Below the pieces are notes generated by a model, which was not told the DNA's origin, searched no databases, and saw nothing but the letters and a program-made list of their open reading frames with translations. A DNA stretch of 64,000 bases, taken from positions 67,518,001-67,582,000 of the forward strand of contig OX597818.1 of the NCBI GenBank assembly GCA_951406725.2. The letters are read 5' to 3'. Numbering within the stretch: position 1 is the first letter of the stretch; each line of letters starts with the position of its first letter. Origin of the DNA: Octopus vulgaris. Taxonomy: Eukaryota. This document shows positions 1 through 13,883 of this stretch, piece by piece. A program made the position numbers and the translations under genes.

Positions 1-26
1 AAAAATGTAATTAACCAATTAACATG

Positions 27-237
27 CAGTTCTATATTTAAGAGATGAGGAATTATGTACATTATGTACATTATGTACATTATTTACATTATTTACATTT
101 GCCGGATATTTGTCCTCATCTTGTTTATTGTTAACACAAAGTTCCGGCTGATATACCTTCAAGCTTTCTTCAGATGTCTTGGGGAAATTTCAAATTTGGG
201 TTCTCATTCCTTAGGCATATTTTGATGTTATTGTTAT

Positions 238-289
<52 letters not shown>

Positions 290-352
290 ACTACTACTAC
301 TACTGCTACCACCAACAACACTATTACTACTACTACTATTACTTATTATTAA

Positions 353-400
<48 letters not shown>

Positions 401-560
401 CATTCAAGTCACTGCTTGGAATCGAACTCGGAATCTCGGGGTTAGCAGCCCACGCCATTAACCACTACACCATATCCCCATGGGTATATCAGCCGAAACG
501 TTGTATTAACAACAAACAAAACGATGACAAATATCCGTCAAATATAAGTAAAGTAAATAA
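27..560 (-). mobile_element. tRNA-headed SINE-like element with degenerate HHR tail and 5' inverted segment (family H, copy 1)
   Basis: The reverse strand of 402-480 is a tRNA-like head (GGTGTAGTGGTTAA...GGGCTGCTAACCCC...GTTCGATTCC). It is followed by a trinucleotide microsatellite and a tail homologous to 18180-18320 and 47265-47420. Segment 482-560 is an inverted copy of part of the tail. Confidence 0.8.
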
Positions 561-743
561 AGTACAACCAACATGCAGATTACAACTACAATCTCTAAAC
601 AGAACAGTAAAAATATGAAAGAGTTTTCTAAAGTAAACTTATGATACTTTGTTATCTACTTTCCGAAGACAGAAACACGTATCTTTGTTAGAAATCAGCA
701 CCTACTTACAAGAAGACTTGAGATAATTAGAAACAGGAGCAAA

Positions 744-805
<62 letters not shown>

Positions 806-2619
806 AAGAGATACATACATATATACATGCACACATGCAAACACACACTCACACACACGCGGTAACATATACATACGTATGCATACATACGTGGTGCGTG
901 TGTATGATCTGCAAAAGCCCTCTGATTTTACAAAAAAAAATCAACAACACAAAACCAATTTGACTTCATTGAGAGATAAACTGCTGTAAAACAATTTACA
1001 CCTCTTTATTGTTTCTGGTGTTTAACTCTTAATGTGTTTTCAGTTAATTGAAATATCTTCGCATTAAAGAAGAGAATGGAGTTACCCAAAATAATCAGGG
1101 TTGCCTCGGGCTTTCATACATACATTAGTTGTGCGCTTCACTGAATATTATCATGCATTGCTGAACAATTCGGGAAAGGAAAGGAATCTTTTCTAATACT
1201 TGAGTTGTGGTGCTGTTAGAAATTATACGGTGTATTGAAATTATTTTAAACGGAACACTTAAGGAACCATTCCCATTTATATTCATATCGATACACACAC
1301 ATAGCCTGATGCAGTATCACCACCACTCATCTAATATACACATACTGTCACATGTGTGTATATATATATAATGTTTAGCAAGTAAAAATAGGAGCCTCTT
1401 CATAGTCACTTTGCTAGAAATAGCGACTGTATCCCAATTAAATCCCATTTTACCGTTTTTTAAAAAGAATTCGTTAATGTTCCTAGCTATATCTGGAAAA
1501 CAGTCGGATAGATGATGTTCCGTGTATCGCTTATCATCTGTATCTGATCTCAATCACTGCTCAATTTGGTTGGTTTATTGTAAATTAGTGACCTATTTCT
1601 TGTACTTTAGTGTTAAATAAACAGATCTATTTTGAAATACGTTTTAACCACTATCATTGTATCTGCATTTCTGACTTGAGATTATAATCCCATTACCTAA
1701 TAAATTATAGGCTTAAGGATGTGGAGTGTAATATGATAGATGTTTGTACATATTTCTAATACGTTAACCTACCAGATCGTAATAGCACGTCTGGTTTCTG
1801 AGCCATTGTATTTTAGCAAAGTATATGCGACCGCGCGCGTGTGTTTGTGTGTGTGCGTGCGTGTATGTGTGTATGCATATGCGTATGTGAGTGTGTGTGT
1901 CTCTATGTGTAGGATTCATGGATCGAGATGTAGGAAGCATTCCGTGGTAAATATAAATGAAGCAACTCTCAGGGACAATAGTGGTTTACTGAGACCGAAG
2001 GTCGTAGATTAATAGTATCAAGTAAATCCAGGGATTATTTTGACATTTTGAATAAAGCGTTCATGTTGAAGTAATTGATGACGTGCTAGCGGTCCACGTG
2101 GGTATATAAAGTGAGAAAGAGAGACAATAAAATAGAGAGCAGTGGACTGTGAATGAGTGGATAAAAGAGAGAGGAGAAAAGAGAAAAGAAGAAGAATGAG
2201 AAAAAAGAAAGAGAAAGAGAGGAAAAAGAGTGAAAAGAAAGAAAGACCAGTTGGGGGAAAGAAGGAATGAGAACGAAAGTAAAGGAAAATCAAAAAAATT
2301 AAAAGAAAATAGAATAAAGATATAGATAAGATGCCACAATTATTCTTCGTAAATGTCGGTTCGGGGTGAGAGGTGAGGTGTTGAAGTTTTGGTAATATGT
2401 AGGAAGAAGGTATATCTATTAAATAGGTGAAATTTAGATTAGGTGTGGTCTGTGGACTGTAGGGATAGTTAAAAATAGATACCTGGATTAAGGGAGTATA
2501 TACAGGATAAAACCAGAATTAAATGGATAAAGGAAACAGATTAAACAGTTGTAAGTCGTTAAATTCAACTTGCTCGAGCATGGCCGCTGTCACATGACTG
2601 AAACAGATAAAAGTATGCG

Positions 2620-2765
2620 CTTCCTGGTGACAGGTGCTGTAGACAACAAACAGCTGTACTGGTATAACGTTCGGGAAGTGAAAAAAGTCTTTAAATTTTA
2701 AGAGCCGACACTCTTCCACAGAAAGGAACAAGATACAATGTGTAGTGGCTAGCGATCTGTGAAGG

Positions 2766-2770
<5 letters not shown>
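2620..2770 (-). repeat. Interspersed repeat with decayed HHR-like motif, homologous to 37930-38130
   Basis: The reverse complement shares GCTAGCCACTA, TTCCTTTC...GAG..GCTC..AAAGACTTT.TCACTTCCCGA.CGTTA with 37950-38090. Confidence 0.6.
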
Positions 2771-2839
<69 letters not shown>

Positions 2840-3051
2840 ATGTATATATAAATAAGAAAACAAAGACACCTTTTATCAATTAAAAATGAATAATTAAATT
2901 ACACCATCTAGGAAATTACATTTTGAATTGATAAAAGGTGTTTATTTTTGTAATTTTTATGTGAAATTTGATTTAGTATTTCTAAATTGAATTTTTTTCC
3001 TTGTAAGTTTGGATTTTATTCCCTTAAATAATAATTATATATATATATATT

Positions 3052-3120
<69 letters not shown>

Positions 3121-3339
3121 TAAATATGCATATGTAGACCCTTATTACAACATCTCACTTTGTCTATGTATTGCTAGATGTCCACTTTATTCCTTTCACC
3201 AATTATGTAATGGCATCAGGATAACTGACTCTATATCTTAACGATTCATTTAACAGTAGATTTTGTATTGCTGGACTCTGTCTCAAAAATTCCAAATACA
3301 TGTCTTGCATGATCCTCCTACATGTATCACACTGTGTGT

Positions 3340-3612
3340 CACGCTGAATCTCCCCAAGAACTGCGTTAAAAGTACACGTTTCTGTGGAGTGCTCAACCAC
3401 TTGCACGTTAATAAGTGAGCTGCGACGTCACCGATGCCAAGCTGTATCGGCCCCTTTGCCTTTCCCTTGGATAACATCGGTGGCGTGCAGAGAGGAGGCT
3501 GGTATGCATGGGCGACTGCTGGTCTTCTTCCTTAAACAACCTTGCCCAGACTTGTGCCTCGGAGGGTAACTTTCTAGGTGCAATCCCATGGCCTATCATG
3601 ACCGAAGGGGTT
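3340..3612 (+). repeat. Probable 3' part of a SINE-like repeat
   Basis: GC-richer island with no credible ORF. The assignment rests on recall of octopus repeats, and there is no second copy in the window. Confidence 0.3.
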
Positions 3613-3709
3613 CACAACACAATATATATATAATATTAGATGGTTTCGTCCATTATCGGCCTAGGCCATGACTAACTCAATAGCACCATGTATGTATAAA
3701 TATACATAT

Positions 3710-3751
<42 letters not shown>

Positions 3752-3759
<8 letters not shown>

Positions 3760-4391
3760 AAAGGGCTTAGTAAAATAAATTACTTTGCCACATACTGAAC
3801 TCATTAGAAATAGTAGCTAAAAAAACTTTTTTTAAAACTATTTCTAATACTTAAAGAAAATCTCTCTCATATAGTGCTTGCTCAATTCAACTCACGAAAG
3901 TATGGGGGTAAAGACATTAAAAAATCAAATGCAAAGGTTATTTGAGAACGTACGTTTCAAGATTAGTCAAACTCGACATTTCTATCATCAGCTCAGAACT
4001 CCTTGGTTTGGATTTGAAAACACTGAAAGTGGGAGCATACCCTTTCGGCTTCTAATCGCTTCTGAAGATCTGCTCGAAACTAACAGTGCCAGCAAACCCA
4101 AAATATGCAAGCGAAGAATTTCTGCTCTCCCCTTTCCACCAGCGTGGGTTAAAATCAGCAAACACTATGTTTTTTCGGTAAATCCGAAAACATTAAATAG
4201 AGAGAGATGAATTATAATTTCAACAATTGAGGGTAAAATTAATTAATTAATTATTAATCAATATCACCAAGTGTTCAGTATGTAAAGGGACCATTTAAGG
4301 CGAATTCAAATTATTACATTATATAAAAGGGCTTAGTAAAATAAATTACTTTGCCACATACTGAACTCATTAGAAATAGTAGCTAAAAAAA
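3752..4391 (-). mobile_element. PLE pLTR-like / retrozyme-like element with 74-bp terminal direct repeats and internal HHR
   Basis: ATTATATAAAAGGGC...AGCTAAAAAAA is identical at 3752-3825 and 4318-4391 (period 566). An HHR lies at 3943-3995 on the minus strand. Both ends sit in (TA)n-rich DNA. Confidence 0.7.
3943..3995 (-). ncRNA. Type I minimal hammerhead ribozyme
   Basis: Minus strand: TGAG-CTGATGA-[tagaaatgtcgagtttgactaatctt]-GAAA-CGTACG-TT-CTCA. Stem I is TGAG/CTCA, stem III is the palindrome ACGTACGT, the site is GUU, and stem II is imperfect. Confidence 0.7.
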
Positions 4392-4416
4392 TCTACATAA
4401 GTATTTTATATATATA

Positions 4417-4468
<52 letters not shown>

Positions 4469-4800
4469 TTTATGTAGATATTGGTGGTTGTGCGTGTGTG
4501 ATGTTTGTGTATTTGACACTGTATAAGTGTTTCTGAATTTATCTGTGCAGATGAATGTTAGAATGAACGGTAATAGATTTTTAAATATTTCGTTTCAAAT
4601 AATTTGAAAGCACCAAAATATCCGTCCATAACTCATGTGTTCGAAGAGACTCCTGTTGAAGAATTCGTTCACTCATCCATGAGGATGGTTACTGAAGCGA
4701 ACCAGTAATGGATTTCTTAAACACCTCCAGCAACCTTGATTTATTTTAGGCTAAACGTTTCTGTAATAAGTAAATTCTTAGAAAAGTTCAGAGTCAATTT

Positions 4801-5005
4801 CTTCTTCTTCTTCTTCTTCTTCTTCTTCTTCTTCTTCGTCTTCTTCTTCTTCTTCTTCTTCTTCTTCTTCTTCTTCTTCTTCTTCTTCTTCTTCTTCTTC
4901 TTCTTCTTCTTCTTCTTCTTCTTCTTCTTCTTCTTCTTCTTCTTCTTCTTCTTCTTCTTCTTCTTCTTCTTCTTCTTCTTCTTCTTCTTCTTCTTCTTCT
5001 TCTTC
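4801..5005 (+). repeat. (CTT)n microsatellite
   Basis: Nearly perfect CTT array with one CGT interruption. Confidence 0.98.
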
Positions 5006-5815
5006 AGACAGACAGTCAGACAGACAGACTGGCGGACAGTTGCAGATAAAGAGATGAATTTTGATGCGTGCTTTTAATTGTTTCTTTCCTTGTTTTGAAA
5101 TTTGATGGAATAATCACGAAATTCATGTCCGGCAACAGTTGTTGTGTTGTTAGACTAAGCAAACCATTCTACCAACTTATCCCACTCTAGTAATAGACAT
5201 TTCTTTGTCTCATAGCGTGTGCTATAGTGAGAATCCAATGTGCTTTGTCCATCTACTTTTGTTTTTTACTTTTTCCTTTCTTAATGAACGCTTGTTCTTT
5301 CGTATTCTAAGTGCGATTTCGTAATTGCGTCAAACCTTTTCAATTCCAAGCTCTCTTTCGAAAAAGTGATTACTCTTGTCCTGCTTTGGAGTTTGAGTAT
5401 TTTAAGCGTTGCAACCAAATGCTGTTAACCATGCAGCAACTTGCACGAATATTCCGGTGTGTGGCGAATATTTCCTGGTTTAGAAAAACCGATAGGGTCA
5501 AGAAAAAGCGAAGGACCGCCGTAATAACTGTGTGAATCTGAGAGGGGAAATTGTCGAATAAAATCATAAATAACTGATGATGCTCTTTCCACAACGCTTT
5601 TACACAACGCCAGGGACATTTCAGTAGACCTTCGTAAAACAATTAATTATTTGCATGTGCTAATGAATTGTTCCCAGTTCAAACCTTTCTGTAACACTGA
5701 TAATAATTTGTTGCGTTATCTGATGATCCATTAAGTTTTTCGCACACACACACACACACACATGCACACACACACACACACACACGCACACACACACACA
5801 CACACCGGCACACAC

Positions 5816-6020
5816 ATCATCATCATCATTGTTCGACCCTGGTCGAAACAATGGAATTTCCCATGCTACACCAGACTTCACGGTCCATCATGGCATTACG
5901 GAGATCCTGTTGCTGGATGCCTGTATCCCTGGAGATTACATCAGGGTAGGAGAGTGTGCGCCCTATGGTATTGCGAGTAGATGGCTTCCAGAGGAGAAGA
6001 GTAGAAATTACCTCTTTTTC
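5816..6020 (-). mobile_element. RTE-clade LINE 3' end fragment
   Basis: LLLWKPSTRNTIGRTLSYPDVISRDTGIQQQDLRNAMMDREVW matches the RTE ORF C-terminus (LLW.P...GR...Y.D...DTG...AM.DR..W). It is followed by a (TGA)n tail. Confidence 0.75.
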
Positions 6021-7542
6021 AGTACACACACACATATATGTAAAATCTAAACACAACGGAATAACATTTCCTAAAGCTTACATCAGTGTTTATTGTCTCT
6101 CTGCATTTTAATATGACAATGTATTAATGTATTAAGGTATTAATGTATTAATGTATTAATCGGTTACCTCCCTCTGATAGAGTCGAGCAGGGTTTATTTT
6201 CCCACTAATTGCATCTTCTTTTATTATTTCCAGCTCAGACAATTACAAGTTAATTTGATATATATCTCAGATATAATCATAATAATTACTATATCCATAA
6301 CCGTAAGTACTTTTCATCGCCCACTTATTAAGTAAGGCCCCTTGGACCAAATGAATAAAGCTTACATCAATTCGGGTATAATGCTTTACATGTCTGAACA
6401 TTCATCAAATATTTTTTATTTTTGTTTTACTTGTACTTTATCGATAGATTCAACGGACCTGAACAGCACCATTGCTTTCAAGCATTAGCGGACTAATTAA
6501 GCAGTAGGAGTACGTTTCGCCTCACCTCGCTGTTCATAGGGGTGTTGGGATGAGGTTTCTGTTCATAAGTAATGAGTAATAATATCTCTTTCATTCTTTA
6601 TCTAAATTTCTCTTCCATTGATATACGTATGTATTGATGTCCCCAAATAAGTTCACATTAAGTTAACTTCTAAAATTCCTTCTATGATGTTTTATTAAAT
6701 AGCAGGTAGCACCTCACTTTTGACTACTGTTATATGGACCACCCCATTCAACCTCTTGCACTCGCTATTTCCATCTGTAACACTGAAATCGGATGTAACT
6801 CTCATAACCTGTGGAAATTACACCTGGAACTGACTTTCTTTATCATAAGATGTAATCCCATGGATTATGGATATTACCTTGGAACTGACGTTTTCGCCAT
6901 TTTTACTATTTCTATTATGTTATCATTTTAGTTTATTTTATTATTTTACCTCATAATATGTCTAATTCCTAACATTATGGTCTCTCTGATAAAGCCTTGG
7001 GGCTCAATCATTCTCCAACCCCTGTCAATATTTTTTCAGCCTTTGTTGCTTCCTCTTTCCAGCAGGTGGCATCCCGGGACCCTAATTTAGATGTTTCTAT
7101 GTTTTACTTATAGAGGTTAAACTTGCTGGCCACATTATTATTATTATCATTATCATTATCAGTGTGGTTGTTGTTGCTGTCGTTAAAATAATAATAATAA
7201 TAATAATACTTTATATCATTTTATATTGTACTGACTCATTTTATGTTTGCTTTTTAATGTCGCGTAGGCGGTGGGGCCATTAAATTGAGCAAACGTGCAA
7301 AGGTGATGAATAATTTTAAAAATAGATGCATTCAGTGACACTGGCTGACGATCATTAAGTACAAAGGTATAAAATACGACATCAATTGATAACAGGATAT
7401 CTGTTTCTTGCCTCTGTCGTTTATAGAAGGTAAGATTATTTCCCCATATTCGCTGCATTCCCAGATCGTATTTATTAAAAGGGAGAAATTTGTTGTTTTG
7501 GAGAATTAGCTACACTTTCTAGCAAATGGTATTCTGATACCC

Positions 7543-7650
7543 TACTTATCTTGCCGAACCGCTTAGTTACGAGGATCTAAACAGTCTAACATTGGCTGTC
7601 AGCGATCATGCGGCTCAAACATGCACACACCTACATACATTCATATATAC

Positions 7651-7725
<75 letters not shown>

Positions 7726-7880
7726 TATATTCGACAGGCATAGTTTCCGTCTACCAGATCCACTCACAAGTCTTTGGTCAACCCGAGGCTATGGTTCAAG
7801 GCATTTACCCAAGATGCCACACAATGGGGATTGAACCCGGGACCATCTGGTTTGTAGGTAAGCTACTTACCACAAAGCCA
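7543..7880 (-). mobile_element. tRNA-derived SINE with internal (TA/CA)n (family A)
   Basis: Homologous to 26428-26896 (GTTTCCGTCTACCA, GAACCCGG, AGCTACTTACCACA). Confidence 0.85.
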
Positions 7881-8299
7881 ACCATGCACCACACACACAC
7901 ACACGCCCACACACTCACACACACACACATACACACACATATATATGTATACATACATACATATGAATAAGTGTGTGTGCGCCTGTGTGTATTGTAGCTG
8001 TGACTACATTTTTCATAATTTTCTCCAGAATATTCTGGTATTTAAATGAAGTATCAATTTCATTGCCAAATATAGTTTCCTGTGATTCAGTGTCATGTTT
8101 CTTGACTGCGAGTAAGAAGGAATTTGTTTCTGTAGTCGGAGACGAATTGGCCTTTAGAACACTCTCTAACATCTTTGTTTTGAATATTTGAATGAAGCAT
8201 AATTTACAAGTCTTTCATCCATTTGTCCTTTTTGTAACTATCAATCCTTATTCCGAATCGTTCAATTATCTTGTCTTCAAATTTGTAATTATATATAAA

Positions 8300-8960
8300 T
8301 ATCTGAGTACACTTGAACCTAATGTCCTAGCTTATAATGGAAATGTATAATAAATAGGTCAGTAGGATATTCACAAATTTGACATTGATTTATATTCACC
8401 ACCTAATTTACATCTTTAGCTTCCTAGATAGACATAAACGTCGATGACTATGAATAGCCTGCCATACACTTTGATATCATCCCGTTTATATATTCTTATC
8501 TTGTCAACATTTTAATTATTATTTACTTCAGCAGCCTAATCATAACTATATATAACATATCGCTTAGTAAACCAAATCTACATAAAGAGCCTTTAGATAT
8601 AATAATGAATGAAGAGAAATTTAACGAAGAAGCAAACGTAAAAACCACAACACAGCATTGCTTAGCTCACACTTCAGAATAATTAAATATTGATAAATTT
8701 CATTTGCCCTGATAAAAATCACTTCAAACAAATGGTAAGTGCCAGAGAACATTCTAACGAATCTAATGTCAATGTCAGTTACATCTGTAAAAAATGTATC
8801 TGCTGTATAATGAGTACCATCAAGAAAACCGAATGCAATTCCAAAACAAAAGTTGCTTGTCTCCTTAATGGAAACTGCTTTACAAATGTAATTATCTAAG
8901 AAGTGGATGTAAAAATCTGGGCCACGCACTAGTAAAATGAAAATATCGTATACTGTTATG
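8300..8960 (+). mobile_element. Highly decayed Penelope-like element fragment
   Basis: VSYIC...CNSKTKVACLLNGNCFTNVII resembles the PLE linker (SYSC; CNC..K..CPL.G.CL...VIY) that precedes the GIY-YIG domain. Boundaries are approximate. Confidence 0.55.
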
Positions 8961-9618
8961 AGCGTAGAAAACTTTGAAAGTTATTTCTAAAAGCAATAAT
9001 GATATTATTGAAATTATTGAAATATTTTCGTGATTTAGATTTTAAAATACGTTTGTAAAAATTATAATAAATAGAAAATGTACTAATATTCAAACATCTT
9101 TATATCAGGATATAACTCTAATAATTATTCTATCTTTCCGTCGATTACATACATTATTTATGAAATTATTTTTAGAAGCAGAAAATTTTGAAGTCTACAT
9201 TTGAATAAAACGTTCTTAATTTGTAAAGGTAAAACGTTTCAAAAATTCTTAACTGTTTCTTAACAATTATTGTTAAGTCAGTTTGAAGTGAAGTGATAAG
9301 CTGAGAGGAAATAACGTTATAATAAACACACAATGATGTCCGTCTTTTACTAGTAACATCCTCAACTATGTATTGCTGACAGCCAAGAAAAACGAAACAC
9401 ATCGAAATGAATGTACTGTCTACATATACAGCAAAATACTTGCTAGATACAATGTCAATGATATTTTACTTGAAGAATTCGAAATATTTTATTCAAATTT
9501 ACATCCACATCCACGCACATAAATTTGTCTGCACACACAATCTTATACGTACATACATATATACATCTAAATAAGTATATATATATACATTTATATATGC
9601 GAATACATACCTTTATTA

Positions 9619-9681
<63 letters not shown>

Positions 9682-9999
9682 CATGTTCAGTCATGTAAAG
9701 CATTATACCCGAATTGATGTAAGCTTTATTCAAGTATAAATATTGTAGATGCGCAGAAACACTCCTGGGGTCCACAAAAGCATATGTTTCTGCGTTGATT
9801 TGGTCTGGAAACATCGGAGAACGAAACAATCACTCAGTTTTCTATATACATATTTCCAGTCTGAAAATGTTGTAGGCACAAATTTAGCTGAGATGAATTA
9901 GCTCTGAATGATTCATTTGTTGCACATAACACATAAGTTTAACAATTTCAAACAGCATCCTTCCAACAGACTGATGACGTCATTTAGACGTCACCGATC

Positions 10000-10769
10000 T
10001 GAATTCACACGTGCTATCTATGGCCATGTCAAATATAACGGCGTTATACGGGTTATTACGAAGTTGCATACCATTCTCTTTAATTTGTTTTACTATATAC
10101 CGCTTTACATAGACCTATACATATTTCAACTTCATCGATTGCTAACCACTGCAAATTCAACCCCACTATAATACCTCTGCAGTTTCTTCAGGATCTTTAC
10201 TTAATATCCTTCGATTTAAATCTTTAAAGTTTTTCGCTTGTCTCCTCTGAGTTGAATGGTGTAGAGTTGTCCGTTAGGTTAGACACAAACAATCTTCAAG
10301 ATTTGATTGTGTAATCACTTAAGGTCCATAATTCCAAACAATTCTGTTGTTTAAATGTCTGTTGTTCATTTATACAATGTGAAGTTCCTCATTTGCAAGC
10401 ATCTGAAAACTTGTTCCTGTCTAGAATTTATTACATTAGTCTCCAATGTAAATTTCTGGTCAAATTCTTCGAAACATAGGACACATTTTTAGTTCCATAT
10501 GATTTTGCAGCACAAATTAATTTCGAATTGATTGTATAGTCTTTACTTCTGTCCTTAATAATCCAGATTAATTTGCTTGGACTTGTTGGGAATATTTTAT
10601 GTTTATTTCTAAATGAACTCAAATAATTTACTAATCTTCTTTTAAAAATGAATGATGTCCCACCGATGTAAACGTATTCATCACCCTCAGATGTAACGTT
10701 ACATCTATATATAACAGTTTTATTTTTACACTTATTTACACATAGCAGGGTTCGTGTTTCGAACAATTG

Positions 10770-10819
<50 letters not shown>

Positions 10820-11800
10820 TTGTCTCAGATTTAGTTTTGATTTGATCATTCATGGTAGAACAAAATTTATTTATTACCAAGTTCTCTATTACTATTTACT
10901 CCTGTAGAAAACGCTATCATTGTTCCTATTCTAGCTGTACTGTTATTTGATGGGCCGTTAACTAAGTTTAATTAAGTTGTCTCCCTACAGCAACATTTAA
11001 ATTCTTAGCGTTTTCTTGTTTTGATGTTATGCACACTTTGATTATAATATCTGTTTTGCTATTTCAGTATTATTTTAAGATTAGGTGTTGCTATCATGCG
11101 AACCTCACGCTTATTCAAAATTCTATCGTATTTATGATTGACAGGAAAATATTTTTGAATTGCTGTATTAAACAATTAGGAAAAATTATGATTTCGTTGT
11201 TTACCAAATGGAATAATTAACCATAAAGTAGACCTCAATTTCAGATCATAATCTTGATGTTCATACCTGTTTTGGAAAGTATTCTCTGATTTCGATCCAT
11301 ATTAATGTTAGCGTTTCTTTTACATTTGAATCTTTTACTCGATTTTATATTAAAAAGAAAATTGATGTTTAATTAGAGACTATTACATCCTCATTTCTAT
11401 TAGCAGTACGAGAATTTTTAACTCGAATACAACTATCCTACAATGTTTCCTTTTATTTGAATTATAATTGTTCATTTGATTATTTTCTCTATTAAAAGCA
11501 CGTACTCTGGTTATTTTATCAACGCCTGTATTAGATTTTAAATTTCCAGATTTATTTATTGCACTAGATTTTAGATCTGCAGTATCAAAATTACTATTTA
11601 AATCAGAATCTTTATTTGACTTATTGAACTTAATTTTATCCTTATATCCTGCTTTGCTAAGTACCAAGTTATAGTAGTCTTCATTGAGATTGAAAATATT
11701 CGCATTGGCACATAATTTAGTTATTCTAAATGAAATGTTCTTTATTATAGATTTTTTTTACTGGTATGGGATGACAATCTATGGTGTGAATGTATCATAA
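10000..11800 (-). mobile_element. Decayed Penelope-like retroelement (RT thumb, GIY-YIG endonuclease remnant, 3' HHR)
   Basis: The minus strand at about 11780-11640 reads NISFRITKLCANANIFNLNEDYYNLVLSKAGY (PLE thumb-like). At 10740-10470 it reads CKNKTVIYRCNVTSEGDEYVYIGGTSFIFKRR...LIWIIK (GIY-YIG). An HHR lies downstream at 10111-10196. Confidence 0.85.
10111..10196 (-). ncRNA. Type I hammerhead ribozyme with long stem II insert
   Basis: Minus strand: AGATC-CTGAAGA-AACT...AGTT-GAAA-TA-TG-TA-TA-GGTCT. Stem I is AGATC/GGTCT (one G.U) and the site is AUA. Confidence 0.75.
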
Positions 11801-11987
11801 CCTCGCTTGCGATAGATCGAAAATACAGAGTCATACCATCAATAATTTTATAACTAAAAAATCTACGCCGTTAGAAAACCTCTGTTCGAGACAGAAGCAT
11901 TCTAGGGACAAATAGATGGAATATCGTTCCATGCTGTCTTGTTCTGAGAGTCTATGTGTATGTATGTATGTATATATATGTATACAT

Positions 11988-12076
<89 letters not shown>

Positions 12077-12078
<2 letters not shown>

Positions 12079-12250
12079 AAATATTGAATTTCTAAATCTC
12101 TCGTAGAGACATGTACGGTGGTGGGGCGATAGAATGGTTGTATACTGTCAATCTAACAAGAACGTGACAGTAGGGGGTACACCACCTAGGGCTATACAGC
12201 AGTGGTGTACCTCCTACTGTCACGTTCTTGTTAGATTGACAGTATACAAC

Positions 12251-12257
<7 letters not shown>
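12077..12257 (-). mobile_element. Short foldback copy of the retrozyme-like family at 18454-19206 (no HHR)
   Basis: It carries the same leader as 18454 and 18820. Inverted arms of about 56 bp lie at 12130-12185 and 12202-12257. The element is embedded in (TA)n. Confidence 0.85.
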
Positions 12258-12290
<33 letters not shown>

Positions 12291-12669
12291 CAAAGCTTAA
12301 ATTCACATTTTCGCATGAATAAATAACTATGATTCTTATGTCTACTGCTAATTATTTTAATATCATAATAGATGACACAAATGTAAATACTCATAAATGA
12401 AAGGGAATGAACTGCAACAATAATCAAAGAATGTGAATAACCTGTACAGAATAAAACAAAATGGATGCAACTTACATTAAAGGATATCACTCCAACGGTA
12501 ATGGAATAATATATGAACCAATTCTTAAATATCGCCATCACATTAATTTAAATTATTCAGTAATTTAAAAAGAATGGTTTGCATTTATAAGGTGGTCGTG
12601 CTGTATTTGACTGTTTACATAAAAGAAAAAATATAAAACGAATGTCAATTAGATTTTGGCTGGGTGATA

Positions 12670-13110
12670 ACGAGCTACTCAAAATAGCCTTACCACCAAT
12701 TTACACCACGGCCTTGAACTGCTCCTGAAATTGCTCCAGGCTTCTCTCACTATGTCAATGAGAGGATCTTCAAGCACCTCCTTGATCTTAGCTGCTATCT
12801 CAGTCCAGGTTTTGCAGTCGTAACAAGTGGTGCCTTCATCTGTAGTGCCTCGCACAGATTAATTTATCGGATTATATCCAATGGAATTAGGAAACAAGAA
12901 ATCGTTGGTTTAAATCGTTTTAATTCTCTGGCAACTGCTTGTGGCTCTTTCTAAGGATATTGCAAGTAGATAAATCCTGATGCCACATGTATGGCCTTCA
13001 GGAAACAATACTCTCCAGTCAGGATTAGACCAGTCTCCAGCAGCTTCGTAGCACCATGTGAATTGAGGTTAAGTTCCTGTCAGTAATTGGATGAGTTCGG
13101 ACTCAATAAG
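12670..13110 (-). mobile_element. Decayed Tc1/mariner-superfamily (maT-like) transposase fragment
   Basis: The minus strand reads RPYMWHQD...FPNSIGYNP...KIKEVLED...IVREAWSNFRS. It parallels the fragment at 33950-34380. Confidence 0.6.
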
Positions 13111-13252
13111 AACGTCTACTGAGATCTTTCTTGCTGACCAAAATGTTGTTGACTCTGTTGCAGTTGTCTATGTCACATCTCCCATGGTTTATAATGTTTA
13201 CCGAGCATTGAACAGGAGCCATTGCGCGAATCCTGAAGGTACAGTTATATAA

Positions 13253-13883
<631 letters not shown>

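Noticed and set aside
2864-2942. Hairpin ACACCTTTTATCAATT / AATTGATAAAAGGTGT
   Set aside because: A short AT-rich inversion, probably a repeat end, with no independent functional evidence.
4057-4113. CGCTT-CTGAAGA-tctgctc-GAAA...AAGCG on the plus strand
   Set aside because: No stem II pairing and no valid NUH adjoining stem I.
6505-6545. Minus-strand ATGAACA-GC..GC-GAAA-CG-TA, HHR-like
   Set aside because: Stem I does not pair and position 3 cannot pair with position 8. At most a relic.
9968-9996. CTGATGA followed by a CGTC/GACG hairpin
   Set aside because: No GAAA or NUH in register, so it is only a palindrome.
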